DNA from: Gemmiger sp.
GTDB lineage: Bacteria > Bacillota > Clostridia > Oscillospirales > Ruminococcaceae
Assembly (NCBI GenBank): GCA_051886555.1
Contig: JBJEYG010000393.1
Coordinates: forward strand, 1 to 42,330
Length of the DNA stretch: 42,330 nucleotides
Direction: 5' to 3'
Numbering within the stretch: position 1 is the first letter of the stretch; each line of letters begins with the position of its first letter. Below the pieces are notes generated by a model. It ran no database searches and was not told where the DNA came from. It saw only the letters and a list, made by a program, of their open reading frames with translations. Of this stretch, positions 1-8,739 are shown in pieces. Made by a program: the position numbers and the translations under genes.

Positions 1-753
1 AAGGGCCTGCTGAAGCCCGGTTCGGTCATCATTGAGCCGACCTCCGGCAACACCGGCATCGGCCTGGCATCGGTGGCAGCGGCACGCGGCTACCGCATTA
101 TCATCGTCATGCCCGAAACGATGAGCGTGGAGCGCCGCCAGCTGATGAAGGCCTACGGCGCCGAACTGGTTCTGTCTGAGGGCGCCAAGGGCATGTCCGG
201 CGCCATTGCCAAGGCGGACGAACTCGCCAAGGAGATTCCCAACAGCTTTATTCCCGGCCAGTTCGTCAACCCGGCCAACCCGGCCGCGCACCGCGCCACC
301 ACCGGCCCCGAAATTTGGGAGGATACCGACGGCCAGGTGGACATCTTTGTGGCGGGCGTCGGCACCGGCGGCACGCTGACCGGCGTGGGCAGCTATCTCA
401 AGAGCCGGAACCCCGGCGTCAAGGTCGTGGCGGTGGAACCGGCCACGTCCCCCGTGCTGAGCAAGGGCACCGCCGGCCCCCACAAGATCCAGGGCATTGG
501 CGCAGGTTTTGTGCCCGATGTGCTGGACACCAAGGTGTATGACGAGATCATCGCCGTAGCCAACGAGGACGCCTTCGCCACCGGCAAACTGGTAGGCCGC
601 AAGGAGGGCGTGCTGGTGGGCATCTCCTCCGGCGCCGCCGTATGGGCCGCGCTGGAACTGGCCAAACGGCCGGAGAATGCGGGCAAAACCATCGTTGTGC
701 TTCTGCCCGACACCGGCGACCGTTACCTTTCCACCCCGCTGTTTGCGGATTAA
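1..753 (+). CDS. cysK: Cysteine synthase A (5' end outside the window)
   Basis: Frame is open from base 1 ([19 protein letters not shown]). Motifs GVGTGGT, HKIQGIG, GISSGAA and [10 protein letters not shown] are present. Confidence 0.95.
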   Translation, partial: KGLLKPGSVIIEPTSGNTGIGLASVAAARGYRIIIVMPETMSVERRQLMKAYGAELVLSEGAKGMSGAIAKADELAKEIPNSFIPGQFVNPANPAAHRATTGPEIWEDTDGQVDIFVAGVGTGGTLTGVGSYLKSRNPGVKVVAVEPATSPVLSKGTAGPHKIQGIGAGFVPDVLDTKVYDEIIAVANEDAFATGKLVGRKEGVLVGISSGAAVWAALELAKRPENAGKTIVVLLPDTGDRYLSTPLFAD

Positions 754-766
754 ACTGAGTTGCGAA

Positions 767-796
767 CAAGCGCCCCGCCATATGGCGGGGCGCTTG
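767..796. terminator. Perfect 30-bp palindrome between convergent cysK and fruK; probable terminator
   Basis: caagcgccccgccatatggcggggcgcttg is its own reverse complement. U-tracts are weak. Confidence 0.7.
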
Positions 797-809
797 CCGT
801 ATTGCGTTG

Positions 810-1739
810 TCAAAGCCGGCGCAGCTGTACCCGGGGCAGCAGTTCCCGCACCGCGGCGGCATCGGCCGCCTGCGTACCGCTGCACATCACGTTGGCTGCA
901 CCGGTGGCGGCGGAAAGGCGCGCGGCCTCCGCCCAGGGCAGCCCCTGTTCCTCCGCCCAGGCCAGCGCGGCGACCACACTGTCGCCCGCACCCACCGTAC
1001 TGCCCACGGGGACTTTCAGGCCCTCGGCATACAGCATTTCGCCCGGCGCAGCATACAGCGCGCCCCGCGCCCCCAGCGAGATCACCGCCCGCTGCACGCC
1101 GCCGTCCAGCAGCGTGCGGGCCGCGCCGGCCAGTTCGTCCAGCGCTGTCAGTTCACGGCCCAGCAAACGGCTCAACTCTGCGTCGTTGGGTTTGACCAGA
1201 TAGGGCGCGGCTTTCAGCCCTTCGGCCAGCGGCGCGCCGTCCGCATCCAGGAACACCCTGGCCCCCGCCGTCCGGCAGCGTTCCGCCCAGCGACGGTAGG
1301 TGTCGGCGGGCGCACCGTGGGGCAAACTGCCGGACAGCACCACAATGTCTCCGTCGTGCACCGCCCCGGTCAGCTCGTCCAGCAGCGCCTGCATGGCCTG
1401 CGGCTGTACGGGCGCGCCTGGCTCGTTGACATCGGTGTTGGTATGGTTCGCCGGATCGACGATTTTCAAATTGGTGCGCGTCTCGCCCGGCGTCTGCATA
1501 AAACAGCAGTGCAGCCCGGCCGCTTCCAGTGCCGCGGCGATCTGCCGGCCGGTATGGCCGCCCAGCAGGCCCATGGCCACACTGTCGCCCCCCAGCGCCG
1601 CGATCACCTTGGACACATTGATGCCCTTGCCACCGGGGTCGGTACGCAACCCGGTGATGCGGTTGACCGCGCCCACCGCAAAGCCCTCCACCCGGACGGT
1701 CTTGTCCAGCGCGGGATTCAACGTAACGGTATAGATCAT
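810..1739 (-). CDS. fruK: 1-phosphofructokinase (PfkB family hexose kinase)
   Basis: MIYTVTLNPALD, PGGKGINVS, KPN and STVGAGDS motifs; GGAGG RBS. Confidence 0.88.
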   Translation of the reverse strand: MIYTVTLNPALDKTVRVEGFAVGAVNRITGLRTDPGGKGINVSKVIAALGGDSVAMGLLGGHTGRQIAAALEAAGLHCCFMQTPGETRTNLKIVDPANHTNTDVNEPGAPVQPQAMQALLDELTGAVHDGDIVVLSGSLPHGAPADTYRRWAERCRTAGARVFLDADGAPLAEGLKAAPYLVKPNDAELSRLLGRELTALDELAGAARTLLDGGVQRAVISLGARGALYAAPGEMLYAEGLKVPVGSTVGAGDSVVAALAWAEEQGLPWAEAARLSAATGAANVMCSGTQAADAAAVRELLPRVQLRRL

Positions 1740-1754
1740 GCTGCAATCCTCCTG

Positions 1755-2444
1755 TCATTCCCGGTCCAGCCGAACCGGCACGTCCCGGTCGATCTTCATC
1801 GTGTCGGGCGTAACCAGGCAATCCACGGCGCGCACCTCCACCCCGGCGGCTGCCGCTTCGCGCAGCGCTTCGCCGAAGGCGGCATGGGTCGTCCAGTTGG
1901 GCCGGAATTCCCGCACGCCCTTCATCTGAATCACCAGCAGCACGCAGCAGCGCCAGCTGCGGGCCGCATAGCCGGTCAGTTCGCGCACATGCTTCAGCCC
2001 CCGCTGCGTGGGTGCGTCGGGGAAGCGCGCCACCCCGCCCTGTTCCAGTGTACAGCCCTTTACTTCCACCAGCATCGGCTTGCCCTGCTGTTCGGCGTAA
2101 AAATCAAAGCGCGAATCCCCCAGCCGGTATTCGGGGCGCAGCCCCTCCACCGGTCCCAGCCCGCCTGCCGCCAGCCACTCGCCGGCCGCGCGGTTGGGCG
2201 CGGCGGAATCCATATTGATAAGCAGTCCACCCTTTTCCACCGCCACCAGATCGCAGGGGGTGCTGCGGGCGGGATTTTGAGCGTATTCCAGGTAGACCGT
2301 CGCCCCGGGCACCAGCAGCTCGGCACAGCGGCCGGTGTTCTTCACATGGGCGCGCACCGGCGTGCCGTCGGGCAGCGTCACCTGGGCAATAAACCGGTTG
2401 GGCCGTGCCCGGAACACCGCCCGGCGTATGTCACGGTAGCGCAT
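1755..2444 (-). CDS. sfsA: DNA/RNA nuclease SfsA (sugar fermentation stimulation protein)
   Basis: RPNRF, HVKNTGR, SRFDF, VEVKGCTL and FPDAPTQRGLKH motifs. The likely ATG at 2444 overlaps the nnrE stop (TGATG). Confidence 0.93.
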   Translation of the reverse strand: MRYRDIRRAVFRARPNRFIAQVTLPDGTPVRAHVKNTGRCAELLVPGATVYLEYAQNPARSTPCDLVAVEKGGLLINMDSAAPNRAAGEWLAAGGLGPVEGLRPEYRLGDSRFDFYAEQQGKPMLVEVKGCTLEQGGVARFPDAPTQRGLKHVRELTGYAARSWRCCVLLVIQMKGVREFRPNWTTHAAFGEALREAAAAGVEVRAVDCLVTPDTMKIDRDVPVRLDRE

Positions 2445-3091
2445 CAGGGTACCAGTTCGGGCGGAATGCCGATGTCCGCCACCGTCAACTTGCCGGTGCA
2501 TTCCGCGCCCTCGCCCCGCAGCAGCCCCGGCTTGGCGCAGGTAAAGGTGACGGTGCGCACCGCGCGCACCGCGGCGCCCATCACCTCGCCGGTATCGCCG
2601 TTGACGCCCGAGGGAATGTCGCAGCTGACCACCGGGCAGCCCGCCGCGTTGACCGCGTTGACCGCCGCCAGGAAGTCGCCGCGCAGCGGGCGGCTCAGCC
2701 CCACGCCGAACAGCGCGTCCACCGCGCAGCCGCACTGCTGCCAGTCTGCGGCAGCTTCGCCCCACGGCTCCGCCCGTCCGCCCGCTTCCGCCAGCTTTTG
2801 GGCCATGGCGCGGGCATCCGGCGTCATTTTGTCCGCGTCCCCCACCAGCAGGACTCGAACCGGGACGCCCTGCCCCAGCAACTGCCGGGCGCAGGCCAGA
2901 CCGTCGCCGCCGTTGTTGCCGGGGCCGCAAAGCACCGTGACCTGCGGCGCGTCCTGCCCGGCCAGCACCTCCAGCACCGCCTGCGTCACCGCTGCGGCGG
3001 CACGCTCCATCAGCGTCAGCGAAGGGATGCCCCGCTGCCAAATGGCAATGCGGTCGATTTCTTTCATCTGCGCGGTGGATGCAACCTTCAT
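2444..3091 (-). CDS. nnrE: NAD(P)H-hydrate epimerase (stand-alone YjeF_N)
   Basis: LMERAA, CGPGNNGGDG, VDALFGVG and DIPSG motifs; AAGGAGG RBS before ATG 3091. Confidence 0.92.
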   Translation of the reverse strand: MKVASTAQMKEIDRIAIWQRGIPSLTLMERAAAAVTQAVLEVLAGQDAPQVTVLCGPGNNGGDGLACARQLLGQGVPVRVLLVGDADKMTPDARAMAQKLAEAGGRAEPWGEAAADWQQCGCAVDALFGVGLSRPLRGDFLAAVNAVNAAGCPVVSCDIPSGVNGDTGEVMGAAVRAVRTVTFTCAKPGLLRGEGAECTGKLTVADIGIPPELVP

Positions 3092-3106
3092 GTTCCTTCC
3101 TCCTTC

Positions 3107-3140
3107 AAAAAGCAGCCGCCCCGGCATGCGCCGGGGCGGC
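3107..3140 (-). terminator. Intrinsic terminator after the amidohydrolase
   Basis: 11-bp stem gccgccccggc/gccggggcggc followed by a T-tract on the minus strand. Confidence 0.65.
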
Positions 3141-3151
3141 ATCGCCGGTTT

Positions 3152-4363
3152 TTATGAATGGTCCTCCAGCCAGCGGGCCGCAAGATAGGCGTAGGCCGCG
3201 CTGCCGCGGTAAAGCACGCCGTCGTCGAACTTTACCTTCGGGTGGTGCTGCGAGTAGCAGAACCCGTCCTTCGGGCTGCCGGTGGCCAGGAACATGCCCA
3301 CCGTGGGCACCTTGCAGCTGACAAAAGCGAAGTCCTCGCTGCCGCCGCCTACCTTGGGGCCGCCCAGCGCCGCCATGGACAGGGCGCCGTCGCCCATCAG
3401 TTCTTTCATATAGGTCATGGCGCAGTCGGCCACGGCGTCATTTGCCAGCATGGGCGGGCAGAAGTTGGAAAATTCCACCGTCACTTCGGTGCGCATCGCC
3501 TTGCCGACGCCCTCGCAGATTTCCTTCATACGGGTCTTGATTTTCTCGTTCACCTTCAGGTCGGCAGTACGGATGGTACCGCGCATCTCGGCGGTGTCGG
3601 GAATAATGTTGGACGCTTCGCCTGCGCGGAACATGCCGGTGGTAAACACGCCGAATTCATCCGGCGAAAGCTCGCGGCTGTTGATCTCCTGCAGCGCCAA
3701 ATGGATGTGCGCCGCCGCGGTGATGGGATCCACCGAGACATGGGGCATGGCGCCGTGGCCGCCCTTGCCCTTCACCAGGATACGGTACTGCTCGCAGGAG
3801 GCCATGCCAGTACCGCCCGCGGGCACCAGTACCGTGCCGGAAGGCAGCGGCAGGCCGGGCACCACATGGATCATGGCGGCGGCATCCACATGGGGATTCT
3901 CCAGCACGCCGGCGCGGATCATGTCGTCCGCCCCCTGGAAGATCTCCTCCGCAGGCTGGAACATCAGTTTGACGGTACCCTGCAGTTCGTCCTCATGTTC
4001 CTTCAGCAGCTTGGCGGCGCCCAGCATCATGGCGGTGTGCATATCGTGCCCGCAGCCGTGCATCTTGCCCGGCTCCTCGCTGCGGTAATCCACATCGGCT
4101 TCTTCCACAATGGGCAGCGCATCCATGTCGCCGCGGATCAGAATGGTGGGGCCGGGCTTTTTTCCGCCCGCCAGCGCCACCACGCCGCACTTACCGCAAT
4201 CCTGCGGCTCATAGCCCAGCCCGGTCAGGTGCTGTTTTACAAACGCTTTGGTGCGGGTCAGTTCAAAACCGACCTCGGGGTGGCGGTGCAGCTCCCGCCG
4301 AAAGTTCTGCAGTTCCGGCTGCAGTTGCTGCGCTTCCTTGAGCAATTCCTGTGCATTCATCAT
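3152..4363 (-). CDS. M20D family amidohydrolase
   Basis: HRHPE, RGDMDALP, MHGCGHD, FQPAEE, GGHGA, SEDF and HHP motifs. Confidence 0.93.
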   Translation of the reverse strand: MMNAQELLKEAQQLQPELQNFRRELHRHPEVGFELTRTKAFVKQHLTGLGYEPQDCGKCGVVALAGGKKPGPTILIRGDMDALPIVEEADVDYRSEEPGKMHGCGHDMHTAMMLGAAKLLKEHEDELQGTVKLMFQPAEEIFQGADDMIRAGVLENPHVDAAAMIHVVPGLPLPSGTVLVPAGGTGMASCEQYRILVKGKGGHGAMPHVSVDPITAAAHIHLALQEINSRELSPDEFGVFTTGMFRAGEASNIIPDTAEMRGTIRTADLKVNEKIKTRMKEICEGVGKAMRTEVTVEFSNFCPPMLANDAVADCAMTYMKELMGDGALSMAALGGPKVGGGSEDFAFVSCKVPTVGMFLATGSPKDGFCYSQHHPKVKFDDGVLYRGSAAYAYLAARWLEDHS

Positions 4364-4423
4364 TCGGATCTCCTTTTCATGTTTGCCCGAAGCATCGCCG
4401 GTACCGAACGGTATCGTATTTTG

Positions 4424-4455
4424 TATTGTAGCACAAACAGAATTTTCCTACAATA
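4424..4455. promoter_or_regulatory. Symmetric sigma-A-like promoter of the amidohydrolase
   Basis: TTGTAG-N17-TACAAT reads on both strands. The minus-strand copy also has an extended -10 TG. Confidence 0.65.
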
Positions 4456-4496
4456 ACGTGCCCCGGGGCTTTGTTCAGTTTGCCCGGTTTGGCGGC

Positions 4497-4544
4497 AAAA
4501 CCATGCCCGCCGCGTCCGATGGCGCGGCGGGCATGCCGGTTTTT
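4497..4544. terminator. Terminator at the end of the glycan operon
   Basis: catgcccgccgcgtc-cgat-ggcgcggcgggcatg stem, flanked by aaaa and tttt. Confidence 0.75.
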
Positions 4545-6316
4545 CAGTTTTCCACCGTCAGCACTTCCAGGCGGGCGGTACCGCAGCTCACATCCCGGCG
4601 CGCGGTGATGTTCAGGTTGGTTTCCAGCCATTCATGGAACTGGTCCAGATCACGCACGCAGTCATAGTTGTACACAATTACATCAGGCGTCTTTTCCGGC
4701 AGCTCGTTGTAGTAGCCGGCAAACCGCACGTCGCTGTCGGTGCTGGAAATCACCGACGCCTGCCCCACCTCCATGGTGCCCTCGTTCATCAAAAAGGCCA
4801 GGCCGTCCACATCGCCGGTGGAAAGCAGCACCTTTTTGCCCTCGCAGCCTTCCAGCGCCAGCGTCAGCGCGTCGTACAGGTCGGCGGTTTTTTCATCCGC
4901 CCAGGTCCCGGCCGCCGGGCCGGTGGAGAGGCAGCGCATTTCGGCATCCGCCACGCTGGCCGGATGCCAACCGGTGACCAGGATCAGCCAGCCGCGGCAC
5001 ACCAGCAAAAATACCAGCACCGCCAGCAGCAGCGCCTGCCCGCAGCGGGCGCTTTCAGTCTGCTGCGGCGCACCGTCCGCAGGGTCCTGGCACAGCAGCG
5101 CCAGCACGCCGCACACCGCAGGCCAGGTCAGATACATAAAGGTGGGCGCAAGCCCCAGCAGCGTGGAACGCAGAATGAAGGCGTAGGCCGTCAGGCCCGG
5201 CAGATAGCCGAGCCAGAACAGCATCCGGGCGGCGGGGGTGCGGTTTTCATAAAACGCCCACGCGCCCGCCAGCACCAGCACCGGCAGGAAATAGCGCTCG
5301 TCCGGGCTCCTGTACACCACCGCGCGCACCAGGCACAACAACACCGAAAAAACGGCCCACAGCGTCCAGAACGCGCGGGTCAGACGGCGCGTTTCCCGCA
5401 TGCCGCCGCGCCAGGCCCACAGCGCACAGCATACCGCCGCCAGAAGCAGCGGCTTTGCAAGGAATTTTGCCACGCTGAGCGCCTGGCTGCCCAGCAGCGC
5501 CAGCCGCTCGCCGGTGGAGAAGTTGTACTGCGGATCGTTGAGGATCAGTTCCGCGCGGGAGAGCAGCGTCCCCAAATCCATTCCGCGCAGCACATACGCC
5601 ACGAACGCACCGCCGCACACCGCGCAGCTCAGCGCCAGGATCACCGCGCCGCGGGGAATGCGCAGCCAGCGTTTCTCGCCCGAGCGGACCCCCAGCACCA
5701 CCATGCCGGCAAAATACACCGGCGCGGCAAAAATGCTTTGCGGGAACGCCAGAAAGCTCAGGCACAGCAGCACGGAACCCGCCGCTACCAGCCAGGGCCG
5801 GCGGCAGCCGTGGGCCTGGTAGGCCCAGTAGCACAGAAAGGCGGCCAGCGTGAAGTGGAACTGCTGGCTGATGTAGTCCGGCCCAAGGAACCATTTGGGC
5901 GTATACACCAGCAGCACCAGCGCAGCCAGGAACGCGCCCCGCCGGCCCAGCACGTCGCGGAACTGGCGGTAGAACACCGCCGAAAGAACCGCCTTGAGCG
6001 CCACCATGACCACCCGGACGAACAGCAGCACGCCGGTGGTCCCGCCGGTGAGCGCCATAAACAGCGCCACCAGCGCCGCCGCCGGCAGGGCGGAGAGCTG
6101 ATGCGGCTCCCACATGGAGTAGAACAGCCGGTCACCCTTCACCAGGCGGTATCCGATGGAGATGGCGTACTCCTCGTCCAGCTCCAGTCCGAAAAACACC
6201 GTTTTGACCAGAACCGCCGCGGCGAGCGCCAGCAGCAGGCAGGCAGCGGCGGCCTCCCACGTTTCCGGCGCGGCGCGGGAGGCCTGTTTTTTCTTGACGG
6301 CAGTCGCTACGGGCAT
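4544..6316 (-). CDS. Polytopic membrane protein, probable GT-C-fold (ArnT/PMT-like) glycosyltransferase
   Basis: Many hydrophobic segments, an acidic LELDEEY motif right after TM1 and a soluble C-terminal domain; AAGGAGG RBS. Function is inferred. Confidence 0.6.
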   Translation of the reverse strand: MPVATAVKKKQASRAAPETWEAAAACLLLALAAAVLVKTVFFGLELDEEYAISIGYRLVKGDRLFYSMWEPHQLSALPAAALVALFMALTGGTTGVLLFVRVVMVALKAVLSAVFYRQFRDVLGRRGAFLAALVLLVYTPKWFLGPDYISQQFHFTLAAFLCYWAYQAHGCRRPWLVAAGSVLLCLSFLAFPQSIFAAPVYFAGMVVLGVRSGEKRWLRIPRGAVILALSCAVCGGAFVAYVLRGMDLGTLLSRAELILNDPQYNFSTGERLALLGSQALSVAKFLAKPLLLAAVCCALWAWRGGMRETRRLTRAFWTLWAVFSVLLCLVRAVVYRSPDERYFLPVLVLAGAWAFYENRTPAARMLFWLGYLPGLTAYAFILRSTLLGLAPTFMYLTWPAVCGVLALLCQDPADGAPQQTESARCGQALLLAVLVFLLVCRGWLILVTGWHPASVADAEMRCLSTGPAAGTWADEKTADLYDALTLALEGCEGKKVLLSTGDVDGLAFLMNEGTMEVGQASVISSTDSDVRFAGYYNELPEKTPDVIVYNYDCVRDLDQFHEWLETNLNITARRDVSCGTARLEVLTVEN

Positions 6317-6331
6317 GGCAATTTGCCCTCC

Positions 6332-7165
6332 TTACAGTTTTTTGCGCAGCAGCGTATCCCGTGCCAGCCACAGGTACGGCAGGTAATTTTCACAAAAAGC
6401 GCCCCATTTGCGGCGCAGCAGCCCGGTCTGGCGGGGCGTGTTGTTTTTGACCGCCGCCACGTCGATCCACTTGGCCTTGTCCCGTACGGTGATCTTCTGC
6501 TCAAAGGGCAGATCCCATCCCTCGGGGTACCAGTAAGCGGGGGTCAGCAGGCGGTAGTCGCTGCGCTCGGCGGCATAGCGGTTGAGCTGGCTCTCGTCGT
6601 GCCAGCGGGCGATCACCCCGTTGGCCAGATCCTGCTCGGTACGGCGCTCCAGCTCATGGCACAGCGCCAGAAATGCGGAGGACGTACCGCCGTTCAGCCC
6701 GCCGGACACATACGCCCTGCCGCAGTTGTAGGGGATGTAGGCGGTGCTTTTGGGGTTGCGGTCGTAGGTATAAAAAATCGGCTTTTTGTTCCAGAACCCC
6801 GGCTGCTGCACCAGCAGCAGATTCTCGCCCCGCTGCGGCCGGGGCAGGAATTCCTCCTCGGTAACTGTCTCGCTGCAAAGCAGGTTGGCGTTGAAGAAAA
6901 ACAGATAATCGCAGGCGGTAAGCCGCTCCTCCGCCTGCAGGAAGATGGAAAACCGTTTGAGCGTGCTGTACGGCCAATCGTAGGCCTGCTGGTAAATGCG
7001 GTGCACGCCGGGCGCGTCCCCGTATTCGATGGCGGGCGCGTCGGTGAACACAAAAAATTCCTTGCGGCAGCCCGGCAGGAATTTCTGCGAAAAGGTACGG
7101 TAAAAATCCGGCCAGAACACCGTGTATTTCCCGGTGCAGATGTAAAGCATGCCGACGGTCGTCAT
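6332..7165 (-). CDS. Family 6 glycosyltransferase (alpha-1,3-GalNAc/Gal transferase, ABO-like, NXN type)
   Basis: ICTGKY, FVFTD, YLFFFNAN, TYDRNPKSTAYIP, SGGLNGG and WHDESQLN motifs; GGAGG RBS before ATG 7165. Confidence 0.92.
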   Translation of the reverse strand: MTTVGMLYICTGKYTVFWPDFYRTFSQKFLPGCRKEFFVFTDAPAIEYGDAPGVHRIYQQAYDWPYSTLKRFSIFLQAEERLTACDYLFFFNANLLCSETVTEEEFLPRPQRGENLLLVQQPGFWNKKPIFYTYDRNPKSTAYIPYNCGRAYVSGGLNGGTSSAFLALCHELERRTEQDLANGVIARWHDESQLNRYAAERSDYRLLTPAYWYPEGWDLPFEQKITVRDKAKWIDVAAVKNNTPRQTGLLRRKWGAFCENYLPYLWLARDTLLRKKL

Positions 7166-7169
7166 TGTG

Positions 7170-8729
7170 TCATTCCTCCGGTTTGCGGTTACGGGCGGCA
7201 AGCTTTGCCTTCACCGCCGTCACCATGTTCTTGGCGCGTCCGCGCAGGTAGGCGGCGTCGCCGGTCCAGCCGTACAGCGCCAGGTTGAGCGCATTGGGCA
7301 CCACCAGCACGATACACACCTTGCCAACAAAGCCGGCCAGGCTGTTGCCCAACAGGCCGCACAGCCGGCTGGTCAGCGCCATTTCGCCCAGCAGTGTAAC
7401 GGCGCGCACCATCTGGTTTCGCAGGTAACGCCCGCCGCAGCCCTTCATGTAATGGCGGCAGACCACCCGCGCCCGGCCGATCCACATCAGGCAGTGGGCG
7501 AACACCGTAGCCGCCACCACGCCGGGCAGACCGAACTTCCATACCAGCACAAAGCTCAGGATCAGGTTGGAAGCGCCGCTGGCCACCATGTACCACTGGT
7601 CCTCCTCAAAGCGGCCCAGCACGTTGCGGTAGCTGCCGATGATACGGTGGTTCCAGCCAATGTATTCGTTCAGACTGAAGAAGAATACATAAGCGCCGGG
7701 CAGCAGCCATTTTTCGTCGCCCATCCACAGAAGGATAAAGGGTTGAAACAGGCAGAAGTAGGCAACCGCCACAAAGCTGCCGAAGAAGTAGCTGAACAGA
7801 TCCATGCTCCAGAACACCTGTCTGGCATGGCCGTCGGCTTCCGCCTCCCGGTCATAGACAATGTTGCCGATGGCCGCGGCAAAGGAATCCATGATCTTGT
7901 TGCCGATGTCGGTAACCGAACTGGCCATCTTGGTATAGTTGGTGGTCAGCGACACCATCGCCGAGCCGCGCATACGGGTCAGTACCAGGTCATCCGAGTT
8001 GCCGTAGATGGTGTTGGAAATGCGGTGCACCAAATAATAGCGCATATCGTGGAAAACGCCCAGCGACTTGAAATCCTTCCAGGAGACCCTGACGTCGTGC
8101 ACCTCGGGGAAATCCCGTTTGTAGCGCACCGCAATGACGGCGTTGGCCAGCGTGTTGCACACCACCGTGACCCCCAGATACAGCCACAGTTTGGGGCAGC
8201 ATTTGGCCACCGCGATGCGCAGCAGACTGTTGAGGATGTTGAACAGCAGGTCGGTGCGCACGCATTTGTATCCCTGCTGGGTGCAGGTATACAGCATACG
8301 CCGCGTGACCAGAAAATAGCCCGACAGGGTGGACAGTGCCTGCAGTATATAGACCATGTAGATGGAGCCCATCTGCTCCCTCTCGTTGACGAAGATGAGC
8401 GGCAGGAAGGGCGCCACGGCCACAGCCAGAACCGCCACCACGCCGCCCACCACCCGGTAGGCCCATTTGTACAGTGACATGTACTTGCTGATCTGCTCAT
8501 TGTCCCTGGCGGCCACGCATTCATACAGCCGGTAGCTGATAACGCCGCCCACGCCGAACTCCGCTACCGAGAAGTAGCGGAACAGCTGCTCGATGGTATG
8601 GGAATACCCGGGCATGGAGATGTCGAAGTTGGTCAGGAACAGCTTCTGCGTCACCATGCCCAGCACGAACAGGACCAGCGCGGCCCCCAGCGAGTAAGCG
8701 GTATTGATGATGGTACGTTTGGTTCTCAA
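7170..8729 (-). CDS. wzx: Wzx-type (MOP superfamily) oligosaccharide flippase
   Basis: 519 aa with about 12-14 hydrophobic helices; RTKRTIIN, AEFGVG and NLILS..LV..FGLPGV patterns; TTG start after GAGG. Confidence 0.85.
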   Translation of the reverse strand: MRTKRTIINTAYSLGAALVLFVLGMVTQKLFLTNFDISMPGYSHTIEQLFRYFSVAEFGVGGVISYRLYECVAARDNEQISKYMSLYKWAYRVVGGVVAVLAVAVAPFLPLIFVNEREQMGSIYMVYILQALSTLSGYFLVTRRMLYTCTQQGYKCVRTDLLFNILNSLLRIAVAKCCPKLWLYLGVTVVCNTLANAVIAVRYKRDFPEVHDVRVSWKDFKSLGVFHDMRYYLVHRISNTIYGNSDDLVLTRMRGSAMVSLTTNYTKMASSVTDIGNKIMDSFAAAIGNIVYDREAEADGHARQVFWSMDLFSYFFGSFVAVAYFCLFQPFILLWMGDEKWLLPGAYVFFFSLNEYIGWNHRIIGSYRNVLGRFEEDQWYMVASGASNLILSFVLVWKFGLPGVVAATVFAHCLMWIGRARVVCRHYMKGCGGRYLRNQMVRAVTLLGEMALTSRLCGLLGNSLAGFVGKVCIVLVVPNALNLALYGWTGDAAYLRGRAKNMVTAVKAKLAARNRKPEE

Positions 8730-8739
8730 TGGTACGTCC

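Noticed and set aside
1755-3041. 428-aa extended SfsA, and other ORF-track N-terminal extensions (GT11, argG, argC, cupin, HAD, GT8, GIY-YIG)
   Set aside because: The extensions overlap upstream genes or promoters; downstream starts with RBS or stop-start overlaps fit better.
4441-4455. CodY box (AATTTTCCTACAATA)
   Set aside because: Four mismatches to AATTTTCWGAAAATT in an AT-rich promoter; too weak.
4424-4455. Invertible (phase-variable) promoter
   Set aside because: The repeats are only 8 bp, are the promoter hexamers themselves, and no recombinase is nearby.
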